DNA of 64,000 nucleotides from Eledone cirrhosa (Eukaryota): assembly GCA_964016885.1 (NCBI GenBank), contig OZ024741.1, positions 304,234,001 to 304,298,000 of the forward strand, written 5' to 3'. Numbering within the stretch: the stretch's first letter is position 1; every line of letters begins with the position of its first letter. This document shows, one piece after another, positions 49,337 to 64,000 of the stretch. The position numbers and the translations under genes are program-made. A model generated the notes under the pieces. The model was not told where the DNA came from. It worked only from the letters and a program-made list of their open reading frames with translations, and searched no databases.

Positions 49337-49700
49337 CAGGGTGCGGATGATATTTGTTCGCAAGATTACTGTCTAGGAAAAAATAACACAGTAGTTTTAT
49401 TTTTTAAGATATATTTATCAAACTTGGGTCAGTTTGTCTTCATGACTTGTTCTTTCGATCTCACTCGAGAACCCCGCCATTGGCTTTGAGGACGGCCTCA
49501 AGGCGGCCTCGAAACCGGCTACAGGCCTTCGTCAGTGTCCCCCGACTTAGGCCCCTAAAGGCACTTGTGATCCTGACCTTCAGATCGTCTTTCATATTGC
49601 AGCTAGATCTGTTGGTGTCTCATTCCACTGCACCCCACACAAAAAAGTCGAGGGGGTTGCAGTCAGGCAAGCTGGGAGGCCAGATGTCAGGTGAAGTGTG
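49337..49700 (-). mobile_element. maT 3' fragment (same family as 33908-34798), truncated at the HHR element
   Basis: TA + TIR CAGGGTGCGGATGATATTTGTTCGCAA; reverse complement of about 34434-34798. Confidence 0.88.
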
Positions 49701-50574
49701 TTAACAATGTGGTTCAATACATGGGGTTGCAGAACAATAATATGAGAAACGTAAAGTAAGAAAATTATAAAATTAACTTACTTACTAAAAAAAAAATCAC
49801 TGATGACGGAATGATTTTCTATATGTTTCTTCGGAAAATATATTTACTCCATTTCAGAAACTAATTAGTTGGAAGTGATTTTTTAGTAAGTAAGTTAATT
49901 TTATAATTTTCTTATTTTACGTCTCTCATATTATTGTTCTGCAACCCCATGCATTGAACCACATTGTTAATAAGACAAAACCTATATATTTGCTAGCATT
50001 GATATGCATCTGTGTGTATATAAATGTTACTAGATATAAATTCCTTATAATTATCTCCAATTCATTTGTCGAGCAATATTTTGCCATGACTGCTACTATG
50101 GTAGTAAGCTGGCCGCTGTCTTAATAACCACTCGCTTTCCACTGATTGACCTCGATGTCACGTGATTGATTCTTTTTGAATTTGCCACAGACAAAGAGGC
50201 AGTGATTTTCTCAATGGCTTGGAATCCAGTCCACGCATCGCTATTTCCATTCCACTGAATTATTTTTTTAATAAGTTTCCAGTGTCCTCGCTATGCCTGG
50301 AGACCTATACGGAAAAAGACTTTCCTGATGACGGAATGATTTTCGATATGTTTCTTCGGAAAATATATTTACTCCATTCCAGAAACTAATTAGTTGGAAG
50401 TGATTTTTTAGTAAGTAAGTTAATTTTATAATTTTCTTATTTTACGTCTCTCATATTATTGTTCTGCAACCCCATGCATTGAGCCACATTGTTAATAAGA
50501 CAAAACCTATATATTTGCTAGCATTGATATGCATCTGTGTGTATATAAATGTTACTAGATATAAATTCCTTATA
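49701..50574 (+). mobile_element. Non-coding PLE/retrozyme-like element: inverted arm + two about 250-bp direct repeats (period 525), each with an HHR core
   Basis: 49701-49801 is the reverse complement of 49874-49970; 49800-50049 matches 50325-50574. Confidence 0.82.
50319..50401 (+). ncRNA. Type I hammerhead candidate (second core at 49800-49876 lacks the 5' strand of stem I)
   Basis: ACTTTC-CTGATGA-C-GGAATG..C(TTCG)G..CATTCC-A-GAAA-CTAATTAG-TT|GGAAGT. Confidence 0.75.
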
Positions 50575-51903
50575 TATATTATATATATATATAATATATT
50601 ATACATATATTATATATATATATAATATATTATACATATATTATATATATATATATATATATAATATAGTATACATATATTATATATATATATAATATAT
50701 TATACATATATTATATATATATATATATATATAATATAGTATACATATATTATATATATATAATATATTATACATATATTATATATATATATATAATATA
50801 TTATACATATATTATATATATATATATAATATATTATACATATATTATATATATATATATAATATATATATATATAATATATTATACATATATTATATAT
50901 ATATATATATTATATATATATTATATATATATATAATATATACATATATTATATATATATATAATATATTATACATATATTATATATATATATAATATAT
51001 TATACATATATTATATATATATATAATATATTATACATATATTATATATATATATAATATATTATATATATATTATATATATATATAATATATTATACAT
51101 ATATTATATATATATATAATATATTATATATATATTATATATATATATAATATATTATACATATATTATATATATATATAATATATTATACATATATTAT
51201 ATATATATATATTATATTATATATATTATATATATATTATATTATACATATATTATATTATACATATATTATATATATATATATATTATATTATACATAT
51301 ATTATATATATATATATTATATTATACATATATTATATATATATTATATTATACATATATTATATATATATTATATTATACATATATTATATATATATAT
51401 AATATATTATACATATATTATATATATATATAATATATTATACATATATTATATATATATATATTATATTATACATATATTATATATATATATATATAAT
51501 ATATTATACATATATTATATATATATATAATATATTATACATATATTATATATATATATATTATATTATACATATACTATATATATATATATAATATATT
51601 ATATTATGTTATACATATATTATATATATATATATAATATATTATACATATATTATATATACATATATTATATTATACATATATTATATTATACATATAT
51701 TATATATATATATAATATATTATACATATATTATATATATATATAATATATTATATTATATTATACATATATTATATATATATATATATAACATATTATA
51801 CATATATTATATATATATATATTATTATACATATATTATATATACATATATATATATTATATATATATATTATATACATATTATATACATATATTATATA
51901 CAT
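50575..51903. repeat. AT array with TATTATACATATATTA-type units
   Basis: Direct inspection. Confidence 0.96.
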
Positions 51904-53081
51904 AGAGGGATCAGATGTTGTTTACTAGAGAGAAGGCTACGTTGGTATGGTCACGTGATGCGCATGAAGGACGATAGCTGTATAACAAAGTGCAGGGCAA
52001 TAAAGATAGACGGTAGCCACGGAATAGGCAGACCCAGAAAAAAGTGGGACGAGCTGATAAACTCCAACCTCACACACTTACACCTCACCAAGACAATGCC
52101 ACTGGACCGAGACCTTTGGCGGTACTCAGTAATAGAGAAGACCCGCCTTACCTAAATACAAAGTAAAACCTACTACAGTCAGTAGGCATCTCTAACAAAA
52201 TACACCCCCGTCCCACCACCCCCACCCCATCCACACCGCCCCCTTCTATGTAAAGTTATGTTGGTGCCATACCATCCAGGCCGAAACAAATGAGATCGTG
52301 TAGGTGTCACGACAAAAAAACACACAGTCCACGCTGTAATGTGGCCATGTAGGCAACACGGTAAAAACCTCCCAGACCCACACTGTAAATGTGGTTGGTG
52401 TTAGGAAGGGCATCCAACTGTAGAAAACCTGCCAGACAGTCCTATGCGAGCAAGACAATCACTCTTGCCTCAAGTGGGAAAACCCCCGCCCAAACCCATG
52501 CAAGCGTGGAACACGGACGTTAAACGTTGATGATGATGATGATGATGATATATATTATATATATACATATTATATACATATATATTATATATATACATAT
52601 ATATTATATACATATTATATTATATATATATATACATATTATATACATATATATTATATACATATTATATACATATATATTATATACATATATATTAAGT
52701 ACAAAATGAAACCTACTACAGTCAGTAGACACATCTAACAAAAATACATCCCCGTCCCACTACCCCCACATCACCCCTTTCAATGTCAAGTTATGTTGGT
52801 ACCAAAACATCCAGTCCAAAACAAATGAGGTCGTGTAGGTGTCACAACAAAAAAAACACACAGTCCACGCTGTAATGTGGCCATGTAGGTAACACGGTAA
52901 AAACCTCCCATTCCACACTGTAAACGTGGTTGGTGTTAGGAAGGGCATCCAGCCGTAGAAAACCCGCCAGTCAGTCCTTTGCGAGCAAGACAACCACTCT
53001 TGCCTCAAGTGGGAAAACTCCCGTCCAAACCCATGCAAGCGTGGAAGCTGGACGTTAAACGATGATGATGATGATGATGAT
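51904..53081 (+). mobile_element. Two 5'-truncated RTE family A 3' ends (51904-52549, 52696-53081)
   Basis: RRLRWYGHVMRM..; family-A 3'UTR; (GAT)n tails. Confidence 0.9.
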
Positions 53082-53730
53082 TGTATACATATATATTATA
53101 TATATATATTGTATATATATATATATTATATACATATATATATTATATACATATATATTATATACATATATATTATATATATATATATATTATATACATA
53201 TATATTATATACATATTATATACATATTATATTATATATATATATATTATATACATATATATTATATATATATATATTATATATATATTATATATATATA
53301 TATTATATACATATTATATACATATATATTATATATATATATATTATATACATATTATATACATATATATATATATTATATACATATTATATACATATAT
53401 ATATATATTATATACATATATACATATATATTATATACATATTATATACATATATATTATATATATATATATTACATACATATTATATACATATATACAT
53501 ATATATTATATACATATATACATATATACATATATATTATATACATATTATATACATATATATATATTATATACATATTATATACATATATATTATATAC
53601 ATATATATTATATATATATATATATATATTATATACATATTATATACATATATATTATATACATATATATTATATATATATATATATTATATACATATTA
53701 TATACATAAATATTATATACATATTATATA

Positions 53731-56163
53731 CATCATCATCATCATTTTACGTCCGCTTTTCCCTGCCTGCAAGGGTGGGACGGGTCTTATTCAGCACAGC
53801 ATCTCTCCACTCGTCACGGTCCCTCGTCATCTCCACCGTGAGCTTCAATGATCTGAGGTCTGTTCTCACCACCTCCGCCCATGTTTTTCGTGGTCTACCT
53901 CTACCACGTCTTCCTTCAACTGGCAATTCCTGGCACTTCTTCACCCATCGGTCATCCTCCATGCGTATCACATGTCCATACCACCTCAGTCTCCTCTCCC
54001 GTACACTATATTCTATCCGTCTCAGACACAGTTTCTCTCTCAACACATTTATGCTGGGTCGTTCACGCACATTTACACTGCACATCCAACGGAGCATGCT
54101 TGCCTCATTTTTCTCCAGCCGTTGCATATCCTCTGCAGTTGCTGCCCAAGTCTCACTACCATGCAGCATCGCGCTCCTCACACAGGCATCATACAACTGG
54201 CCTTTCGTACGCAGGGAGAATCCCTTCTTCGTCAACAGAGGAAGCAGCTCCCTAAACTTCTTCCAACCCGTCCTTATTCTAGATACTATGGCCTCGGAAC
54301 ACCCTCCTCCCATGTTAATCTGATCTCCTAAGTACCGGACGCTATCCACCACTTCTATAGCACCCGCCTGCATCTGAAAAATGTGTCTATCAATGCGACT
54401 TCTACTGTCTAATTTCCCTGTACATCTACTGCATACATATTTCTCCCTACCTGTTAGTTTGCCTGCTATCCCAATACATCTCTTGTGTTCCCAGGATCTG
54501 CATTGTGTGCATTTTCTAGAATTTATGCCAGTTCCTTTTCTGCATATCGAACATGGCCATTTCCCTGACGGAATCTGGGTTTTGTCCTCTTTTCTACTCA
54601 TCAACACTTTTGTCTTAGCTAGATTCACTCTCAGTCCTCTTGCTTCCAACTGCTGTTTCTATAGCCAGAATTTATTCTCTAGCTCCTCTACTGATTCTGC
54701 TATAAGAACCAGATCGTCAGCATAGAGAAGTTCCCATGGACAGCCAGTCTTAAACTCCTCTGTTATGGCTTGGAGGACTATAATGAACAGGAGCGGGCTG
54801 AGGACCGAACCCTGATGTACTCCTACTTGTATCTGGAATTCCTCACTAAACTCCATTCCTACCCCGACTTTACTGAGAGTACCTCTGTACAAAGTTTGCA
54901 CTGTCCTGACAAGCCATTCCTCAACACCTAGCTTCCTTAGGGACCACCAGATGACAGATCGGGGTGCCCTATCAAAGGCCTTCTCTGGGTCAACAAAGGC
55001 TAAGTATAGTGGCTTATTCTTCTCTAAGAACCTCTCTTGCAATTGTCTCACCAAGAAGAGGGCATCTGTTGTACTCTTCCCAGGCACAAAACAAAATTGC
55101 ATCTCATCTAGTTTGACCCTTTCTCTAATTAGTTGTGCTAAATCCTTTCTGCCACTTTCATAACCTGATCTATCAGTTTTATACCCCTATAATTGCTCCT
55201 ATCCAAAGCATCCCCTTTACCTTTGTAGCAATTTATGAGAATACTGCTGCACCAGTCTTTGGGTATGACATCACCAAATATAGCCTGATTGATGATGCGT
55301 GCAACCAGTTTAGTGCCTACGTCCCCTGATGCCTTCAGCATCTCAGCAACTATTCCCGATGGTCCGGCCGCCTTACCATTTTTCATTTCCCTAATCGCCT
55401 CTTGGACCCTATATTTGTCAATCTCAATAGCTGGTCCCTCTGTCGGATCTACCAAGGGTAATTTCTCTCTCTCCCATTTGTTCTCCACATTCATCAGTTT
55501 ATCATAATGACATTTCCAGGCCTCCTTTTTCTGATCATTCGTGACACTAAGTACACCGGCATCATCCCGGACACATTTATCTCCAACAACATCCTGATTT
55601 GCATTGACACACTGCCTTGCAATGCGGAACACCTCACGTCTATGATCTTCCCGTCACAGAACATTGGCAAACCTCCTACTCTCTGCTTCCCTGCGTGCTA
55701 AGTACACCTGACGCCTAGCTTCTCTCTTAGTGGCTGTATATTCTTCCCTACTCCTACCCTTTTTCGAAGCCTTCCATGCTAGTCTTTTGTCTCTAATAGC
55801 CTTATCTACTGTGCTGTTCCACCACCAGGTCACTCTCTGTCTGGTTGGAACTCTGCTCCAGCCACAAGTTTCATCAGTAGCCTGCAGCAACTTGTCACGT
55901 AAGAAATTCCAGTTATTATCTGTCATACGTCTCTAAATCGTTTTCTTTTTCGTCATATACATCTTGAAGGGCTTTGCTAAATTTGTATTTTAGTGAAAGG
56001 TCTTTTAGCTTCCAGACCTTTCTTCTCCACACCTTCCTATATGTCTCATTCCATCTCTTGCTTACTGAGATATCACTAACAACTAACCTATGCTGTGGGG
56101 TACATTCTTCCCCAGGGTATGCCTTGCTATTAGACACTATCTGCCTGTCCCGCTGCCTAAACT
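53731..56163 (-). mobile_element. RTE LINE family B, 5'-truncated, frameshifted
   Basis: ORFs 55916-56137, 55654-55926, 55138-55632, 54659-55102, 53747-54649; ORF runs almost to the (GAT)n tail. Confidence 0.93.
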
Positions 56164-56265
56164 ACATATATATTATATACATATTATATACATATATATT
56201 ATATACATATTATATACATATATATTATATACATATATATTATATATATATATTATATACATATT

Positions 56266-58456
56266 ATCATCATCACCGTTTTACGTCCGTTCTTCCACGC
56301 TAGCATGGGTTAGACGGGTTGTCCTGTTGTGGGCAGTGTCTGGTCGGCTGACCATGCCTTGCTCATACAGGAACTGATTTGGCTTGATTTCTACAGCTGG
56401 ATGCCCTTCCTAACACCAACCTCATTTACAGTGAGTGCTGGGTGCTTTTTCGTGGCGCCTACACGTCCACTTTACAGTGTGGGCTGGGTGCTTTTTTGTC
56501 ATGGCACCTCCACGACCACCTTGCGGTGGGGGGTGTGGGGGCATATTGTCTATATGCTTCAGCTTGTACCCATGGGAGGTCGGGTACTCTGTATTACTGC
56601 GTGACGCCAGAAGTCACGGTCGTGTGTCATTGTCTTTGAGAGGTGTAATTGGGTAAGGTCGGCTTTTATCACCTCATCCCAGGTCATCTTGGGTCTCCCC
56701 ACTCCGCGGTTTCCATCAACTTCTAGTGCTCTGCACCTTTTTATGCAGCTGTCATCCTTCATACGCATCACATGTCCATACCAGCGCAACCGCCTCTCCT
56801 GCACACAGCATTTGATTCCTCTTATGCTCAGTCTCTCTCTCAATTCATTTATGCTTTGTCATTCACGTATATTATTGTTACACATCCATTGGAGCATGCA
56901 GGCTTCGTTTCTCTCTAATCTACGTAAGTCTTCCACCTTCAGCGCCCAGGTCTCGCTACCATGCAACATCGCTGTTCGGATACACGCATCATACAGTCTG
57001 CCTTTCATTCTGAGGGAGAAGCCTTTTGCAGCTAGCAGTGGTAGTAGTTCCCTAAACTTCTTCCATCCTGTTCTTACCCTAGTTATTGCACTTTCTGAAC
57101 ACCCACCTCTGTTGCTAATTCGGTCACCTAGGTAGCAGAAGCTGTCTACTGTTTCTACAGGGCCCTCCCAGAGATTGGTGGTACTTGTTTCCTGTGGCTG
57201 TTTGCTGTCTCAGCACAGCTGCTGCATGTGAATCCTACATTCTTAATTAAGCTTCCTGAGATCCCGCTACATCTCTTGTGTACCCATTGTTTGCATTTGC
57301 GGCAGAGAATGGAGTTCCTACCTACACCTTTCCTACATACTGAGCAAGGCCATTTCCTTGAGGGGATCTGGGTTCTGTTTTCTCATCTACTTACAAGGAC
57401 CTTAGTCTTTGTCATGTTGACTTTGAGACCCTTTCTTTCTAGTCCCTGCTTCCAGGTTTGGAATTTATTCTCTAGTTATACCATAGATTCAGCTATGAGT
57501 GCGAGGTCATCAGCATACAGGAGTTCCCATGGGCATCCGGTCTTAAACTCCTCCGTTATTGCCTGCAGGACTATGATGAACAGGAGAGGGCTAAGAACAG
57601 AGCCCTGGTGGACCCCAACCTGTACGCTAAATTCCTCGCTATACTCATTGCTAATCCTAACTTTGCTGACTGCTCCCCTATACATGGCTTGTACCGCTTT
57701 CACAAGCCATTCATCTACTCCTAGTTTTCTAAGAGCCCACCAGATTACAGCACGTGGAACTCTGTCAAAGGCTTTCTCAAGGTCGACAAATGCCAAGTAG
57801 AGTGGCTTACTTTTAGCTAGGTACTTTTCCTGTAATTGCCTCACAAGGAAGAGGGCATCAGTGGTGCCTCTTCCTGGTACAAACCCAAATTGCATCTCGT
57901 CTATTTTCACCCGGTCCCTAATCAGCTGTGCTATAACTCTTTCTGTTACTTTCATGACCTGGTCCATCAACTTTATACCTCTATAGTTTCCTCTATCTAG
58001 TGCATCCCCTTTACCTTTGTAGCAGTTGACAATGATGCTACTGCACCAATCTTTTGGTATGGCCCCTTCTAGTATTACCTGGTTAACGATACGTGTGGTT
58101 ATAGTGTGACCTACAGACCCAGATGCCTTCAGCATCTCGGCAGCTATACCCGATGGACCGGTTGCCTTCCCCATCTTCATATCTTTGATTGCCTTACTTA
58201 CTACGCTGCCGCTGACTTGTACTGCTGGTCCCTCTATAGGGTCTACTTGGGGTAGGGTCTCTTCTTCCCATGCATTCTCCTCATTTAGTAATCTATCATA
58301 ATGACTCTTCCATGCATCTTTCTTCTCAGCACTTGTGAGGGCAAGCTCACCTTTATCATTCCGGATACACTTCTCTCCAATGACAATCTTGAATACCTCC
58401 TGACAATCTTGAATACCTCCTGTTTCTGGTCCTCACATTGTAAAACATGCTTGAAT
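56266..58456 (-). mobile_element. RTE LINE family C, 5'-truncated
   Basis: ORF 57476-58180 RT motifs; distinct 3'UTR; (GAT)n tail. Confidence 0.92.
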
Positions 58457-58581
58457 TATATATATATATTATATACATATATATATTAGATATATTATAT
58501 ACATATATATATTATATATATATATATATATATTATATACATATATATATTATATATATATATTATATACATATATATATT

Positions 58582-58639
58582 TAACCCATGCTAGCGTGGA
58601 AAATGGACGTTAAATGAAGATGATGATGATGATGATGAT
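58582..58639 (+). mobile_element. Minimal RTE 3' terminus (stem-loop + (GAT)n)
   Basis: TAACCCATGCTAGCGTGGAAAATGGACGTTAAATG + (GAT)n inside an AT array. Confidence 0.75.
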
Positions 58640-58683
58640 ATATATTATATACATATATATATTATATATATATTATATATGTA

Positions 58684-59568
58684 CGAGGTGTGTCAGAAAA
58701 GTTCCAGGACTGATGTCACAAAAGATTTATTTCAAACCCAAACATCACACTAAGCGTTTTCTCCTTCAAAGTAATCTCCCTGGAAATGCACTTTTCCATC
58801 CTTTTCTGCCTTGCTTGCATGCACTCCTGGAAGGATTCTTCTGGGATCCTCTGCAGTTCCGTCGTCACGGCCTTTTTGATATCGTCCACGTCTTCGAAAC
58901 GGGTCCCCTCCGTGTCGTACGCGAAGATCCATGACTCATCATCAGTGATGACTGTCCCTAGCAAGTATGGTTCAGTTTCAAGACGCTCTAGGATGTCCTG
59001 GCACACTTGCATGCGTCGACCCTTCTGGTTACCGTTCAGCAGTTTTGGCACCATCTTCGCGCAGACTTTCCGCATGTCCAATCTTCAGTGAGAATCTTCC
59101 AGACGCTGTCCCGATTCATGCCCAGCTATTTTGTCATCAGTCGATCGAACAGTCAGCCAACGATCGCTACGCACCATCTGCTTGATGTGCTCAACGTTGA
59201 CCTCAGTCCTGTTTGTTGAGGGCCTTCCGCTCCTGGGGTCATCTTGCACCACTCAAAGACACGTGAGTGTGACATCGTCTCATCTCTATACACTTGCTGC
59301 AGCAATCCCAGTGCTTCTGACGGAATTTTCCCCAATTGTACCAGAAACTTCAAATTTGTTCGTTGCTCTGTGATCATTGCTTGACGACCTGAAACAGAGG
59401 ACATGTATATAAAATTATGATGAAAAAAGTTTGATCGCTGCAGAGAGCTAAGATTACAGTTACATGCTCCAGGGGGATTACTTTGAAGGAGAAAACTCTT
59501 AGTGTGAAGTTAGGGTTTGAAATAAATCTTTTGTGACATCAGTCCTGGAACTTTTCTGACACACCTCG
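58684..59568 (-). mobile_element. mariner transposon, internally deleted, with about 105-bp TIRs
   Basis: TA TSDs; TIR CGAGGTGTGTCAGAAAAGTTCCAGGACTG..; EQRTNLKF, CAKMVPKLL, ITDDESW, GDYFEG. Confidence 0.92.
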
Positions 59569-59625
59569 TATATATTATTTATATATATATTATATATATA
59601 TTATATATATATATTATATACATAT

Positions 59626-59899
59626 GTGAGTTCAATTCTCAGACCGGGTGATATGTTGTTTCCTTGAGCAAGACACTTTATTTCACGTTGCTCCAGTTTA
59701 CTCAGCTGTAGAAATGAGATGATAAAGTGAACGTGTAGGCGCCACGGAAAAAAAAAAGCACCCAGCACTCACTGTAAATGAGGTTAGTGTTAAGAAGGGC
59801 ATCCAGCTGTAGAAATCAAGCCAGAATCAGTTCCCGTCCCACCCTTGCAAGCAGGGAAAAGCGGACGTAAAATGATGATGATGATGATGATGATGATGA
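59626..59899 (+). mobile_element. tRNA/CORE SINE with RTE tail (copy of 41921-42250)
   Basis: Colinear reverse complement. Confidence 0.82.
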
Positions 59900-59922
59900 T
59901 ATATATATTATATACATATATA

Positions 59923-59961
<39 letters not shown>

Positions 59962-59962
<1 letters not shown>

Positions 59963-61108
59963 TCATCATCATCATCACCATCATCAACGTTTAACGTCCG
60001 TGTTCCACGCTTGCATGGGTTTGGACGGGGGTATTCCCACTTGAGGCAAGAGTGATTGTCTTGCTCGCATAGGACTGTCTGGCAGGTTTTCTACAGTTGG
60101 ATGCCCTTCCTAACACCAACCACATTTACAGTGTGGGTCTGGGAGGTTTTTACCGTGTTGCCTACACGGCCACATTACAGCGTGGACTGTGTTTTTTTGT
60201 CGTGACACCTACACGATCTCATTTGTTTCGGCCTGGATCGTGTGGCACCAACATAACTTTACATAGGATGGGGTGGGGGTGGTGGGACGGGGGTGTATTT
60301 TGTTAGAGATGCCTACTGGCTGTAGTAGGTTTTACTTTGTATTTAGGTAAGGCGGGTCTTCTCTGTTACTGAGTACCGCCAAAGGTCTCGGTCCAGTGAC
60401 ATTGTCTTGGAGAGGTGTAAGTGCGTGAGGTCGGAGTTCATTAGCTCGTCCCAGGATTTTCTAGGTCTGCCTATTCCGTGGCTACCGTCTATCTTTATTG
60501 CCCTGCAATTTGTTATACAGCTATCAACTTTCATGCGCATCACGTGTCCGTACCAACGTAGCCTTCTCTCGAGTAAACAACGTCTGATCCCTCTTATTTC
60601 TAATTTTTTCCTTAGTTCGTTTATGCTTTGCCGTTCACGTATATTACTATTACACATCCAGCGGAGCATGCAAGCTTCGTTCCTCACTAGTCTGCGTATA
60701 TCCTCTGCACACAATGCCTCTCCTGCACACATCATTTGATTCCTCTTATGCTCAGTCTCTCTCTCAATTCATTTATGCTTTGCTGTTCGCGTATATTACT
60801 GTTACACATCCATCGGAGCATGCAGGCTTCGTTTCCTTCTAATCTACATAAGTCTTTCACCTTCAGCGCCCAGGTCCCACTACCATGCAACATTGCTGTT
60901 CGGATACACGCATCATACAGTCTGCCTTTCATTTTGAGGGAGAAGCCTTTTGCAGCTAGCAGTGGCAGTAGTTCCCTAAACTTCTTCCATCCCGTTCTTC
61001 CCCTAGTTATTGTACTTTCTGAACACCCACCTCCGCTGCTAATTCAGTCACCTAGGTAGCAGAAGCTGTCTACTGTTTCTACAGGGCCCTCCCAGAGATT
61101 GATGGTAC
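59962..61108 (-). mobile_element. RTE A/C chimera (A 59962-60718, C 60716-61108)
   Basis: The NEACMLRWMCNSNIRE segment occurs twice, once per family. Confidence 0.82.
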
Positions 61109-61457
61109 TTATATACATACATATATATATATTATATATACTTATATACATATATATTATATATACATTTATATTATATATATTTATATTATATATACTT
61201 ATATACATATATATTATATATAATTATATACATATATATTATATATATTTATATTATATATACTTACATATTATATATACTTATATACATATATATTATA
61301 TATACTTATATACATATATATTATATATACTTATATACATATATATTATATATATTTATATTATATATACTTACATATTATATATACTTATATACATATA
61401 TATATTATATACATATACATACATATATATATTATATACATATACATATATTATATA

Positions 61458-61850
61458 CATCATCATCAACGTTTAACGTCCGTGTTCCACGCTTGCATGG
61501 GTTTGGACGGGGGTAGTCCCACTTGAGGCAAGAGTGATTGTCTTGCTCGCATAGGACTGTCTGGCGGGTTATCTACAGTTGGATGCCCTTCCTAACACCA
61601 ACCACATTTACAGTGTGGGGCTGGGAGGTTTTTACCGTGTTGCCTACACGGCCACATTACAGCGTGGACTGTCTGGCAGGTTATCTACAGCTGGATGCCC
61701 TTCCTAACACCAACCACATTTACAGTGTGGGTCTGGGAGGTTTTTACCGTGTTGCCTACACGGCCACATTACAGCGTGTACTGTGTGTTTTTTTACGTGA
61801 CCCCTACATGATCTCATTTGTTTCGCCCTGGATATTGTGGCACCAACATA
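61458..61850 (-). mobile_element. RTE family A 3'UTR-only insertion with the about 111-bp duplication
   Basis: Matches 14488-14878. Confidence 0.88.
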
Positions 61851-64000
61851 TATATATATATTATATACATATATATATATTTATTATATACATATATATA
61901 TATATTATATACATATATATATATATATTATATACATATATATATATATTATATACATATATATATATATATTATATACATATATATATATATTATATAC
62001 ATATATATATATATTATATACATATATATATATATTATATACATATATATATATATTATATACATATATATATATATTATATACATATATATATATATTA
62101 TATACATATATATATATATTATATACATATATATATATATTATATACATATACATATATATTATATACATATACATATATATTATATACATATATATATA
62201 TATTATATACATATACATATATATTATATACATATATATATATATTATATACATATATATATATATTATATACATATATATATATATTATATACATATAC
62301 ATATAGATATACATATATATATATATATATTATATACATATATATATATATTATATACATATACATATACATATAGATATACATATACATATAGATATAC
62401 ATATATATATATATATATTATATACATATATATATATATTATATACATATACATATACATATAGATATACATATACATATAGATATACATATATATATAT
62501 ATTATATACATATATATATATTATATACATATATATATATATATATTATATACATATACATACATATATATATATATTATATACATATACATACATATAT
62601 ATATATATTATATACATACATATATATATATATATATATTATATACATATATATATATATATATTATATACATATATATATATATATATTATATACATAC
62701 ATATATATATATATATATATATTATATACATATACATATATATATATATATATATTATATACATATACATACATATATATATATATTATATACATACATA
62801 TATATATATATATTATATACATATACATACATATATATATATATTATATACATATACATATATATATATTATATACATATACATACATATATATATATAT
62901 TATATACATATACATACATATATATATATTATATACATCTACATACATATATATATATTATATACATACATCTACATACATATATATATATTATATACAT
63001 ACATATATATATATTATATACATATACATACATATATATATATTATATACATATACATACATATATATATATATTATATACATATACATATATATATATA
63101 TTATATACATATACATATATATATATATTATGTACATATATATACATATATATATATTATATACATATATATACATATATATATATTATATACATATATA
63201 TACATATATATATATTATATACATATATATACATATATATATATTATATACATATATATACATATATATATATTATATACATATATATACATATATATAT
63301 ATTATATACATATATATATATTATATACATATACATATATTATATACATATACATATATATACATATACATATATATACATATTCTATACATATATATAT
63401 ATACATATATACATATATATATATATTATATACATATATATATATACATATATACATATATATATATATTATATACATATATATATATATTATATACATA
63501 TATATATACATATATATATTATATACATATACATATATATATACATATATATATCATATACATATATATACATATACATACTATATTCTATACATATATA
63601 TATACATATATATATATATTATATACATATATATATACATATATATATATATTATATACATATATATATACATATATATATATATACATATATATATATA
63701 TTATATACATATATATATACATATATATACATATTATATACATATATATATACATATATATACATATTATATACATATATTTATATACATATATATATAT
63801 ATTATATACATATATATATATATTATATACATATATATATACATATATATACATATTATATACATATATATATATATTATATACATATATATATACATAT
63901 ATATATATATATTATATACATATACATATATATATATTATATACATATACATACATATATATATTATATACATATACATATATATACATATACATATATA
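61851..64000. repeat. AT array (TATTATATACATATA-type units) to the window end
   Basis: Direct inspection. Confidence 0.97.

Overview
Eukaryotic, AT-rich, repeat-only window with no supportable host gene, RNA gene or CRISPR array. The SINE/LINE repertoire looks octopus/cephalopod-like (my inference). 0-9 kb holds old SINEs and a decayed R4/Dong-type (RLE) LINE carrying a piggyBac-like MITE. 10-33 kb and 50-64 kb are very long compound (TA)n/(TACA)n arrays studded with insertions: three RTE LINE families (with a PHD-like finger inside the RT), a nearly intact Penelope-like element (RT + GIY-YIG), a CR1-like LINE, and maT and mariner transposons. 42-49 kb is an intron-containing Helitron with a nested hAT (Buster/Charlie-like). 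Nearly all long Y/I/H/T-rich ORFs in the track are microsatellite artefacts. The strongest unexplained signal is about 10 type I hammerhead-ribozyme (HHR) motifs, complete or partial, in short non-coding islands. Several sit in fold-back (inverted) or tandem structures whose inversion junctions fall on or near HHR helices. This suggests a set of TA-array-associated, non-autonomous Penelope/retrozyme-like RNAs. All folds and alignments were read by eye and none was computed.
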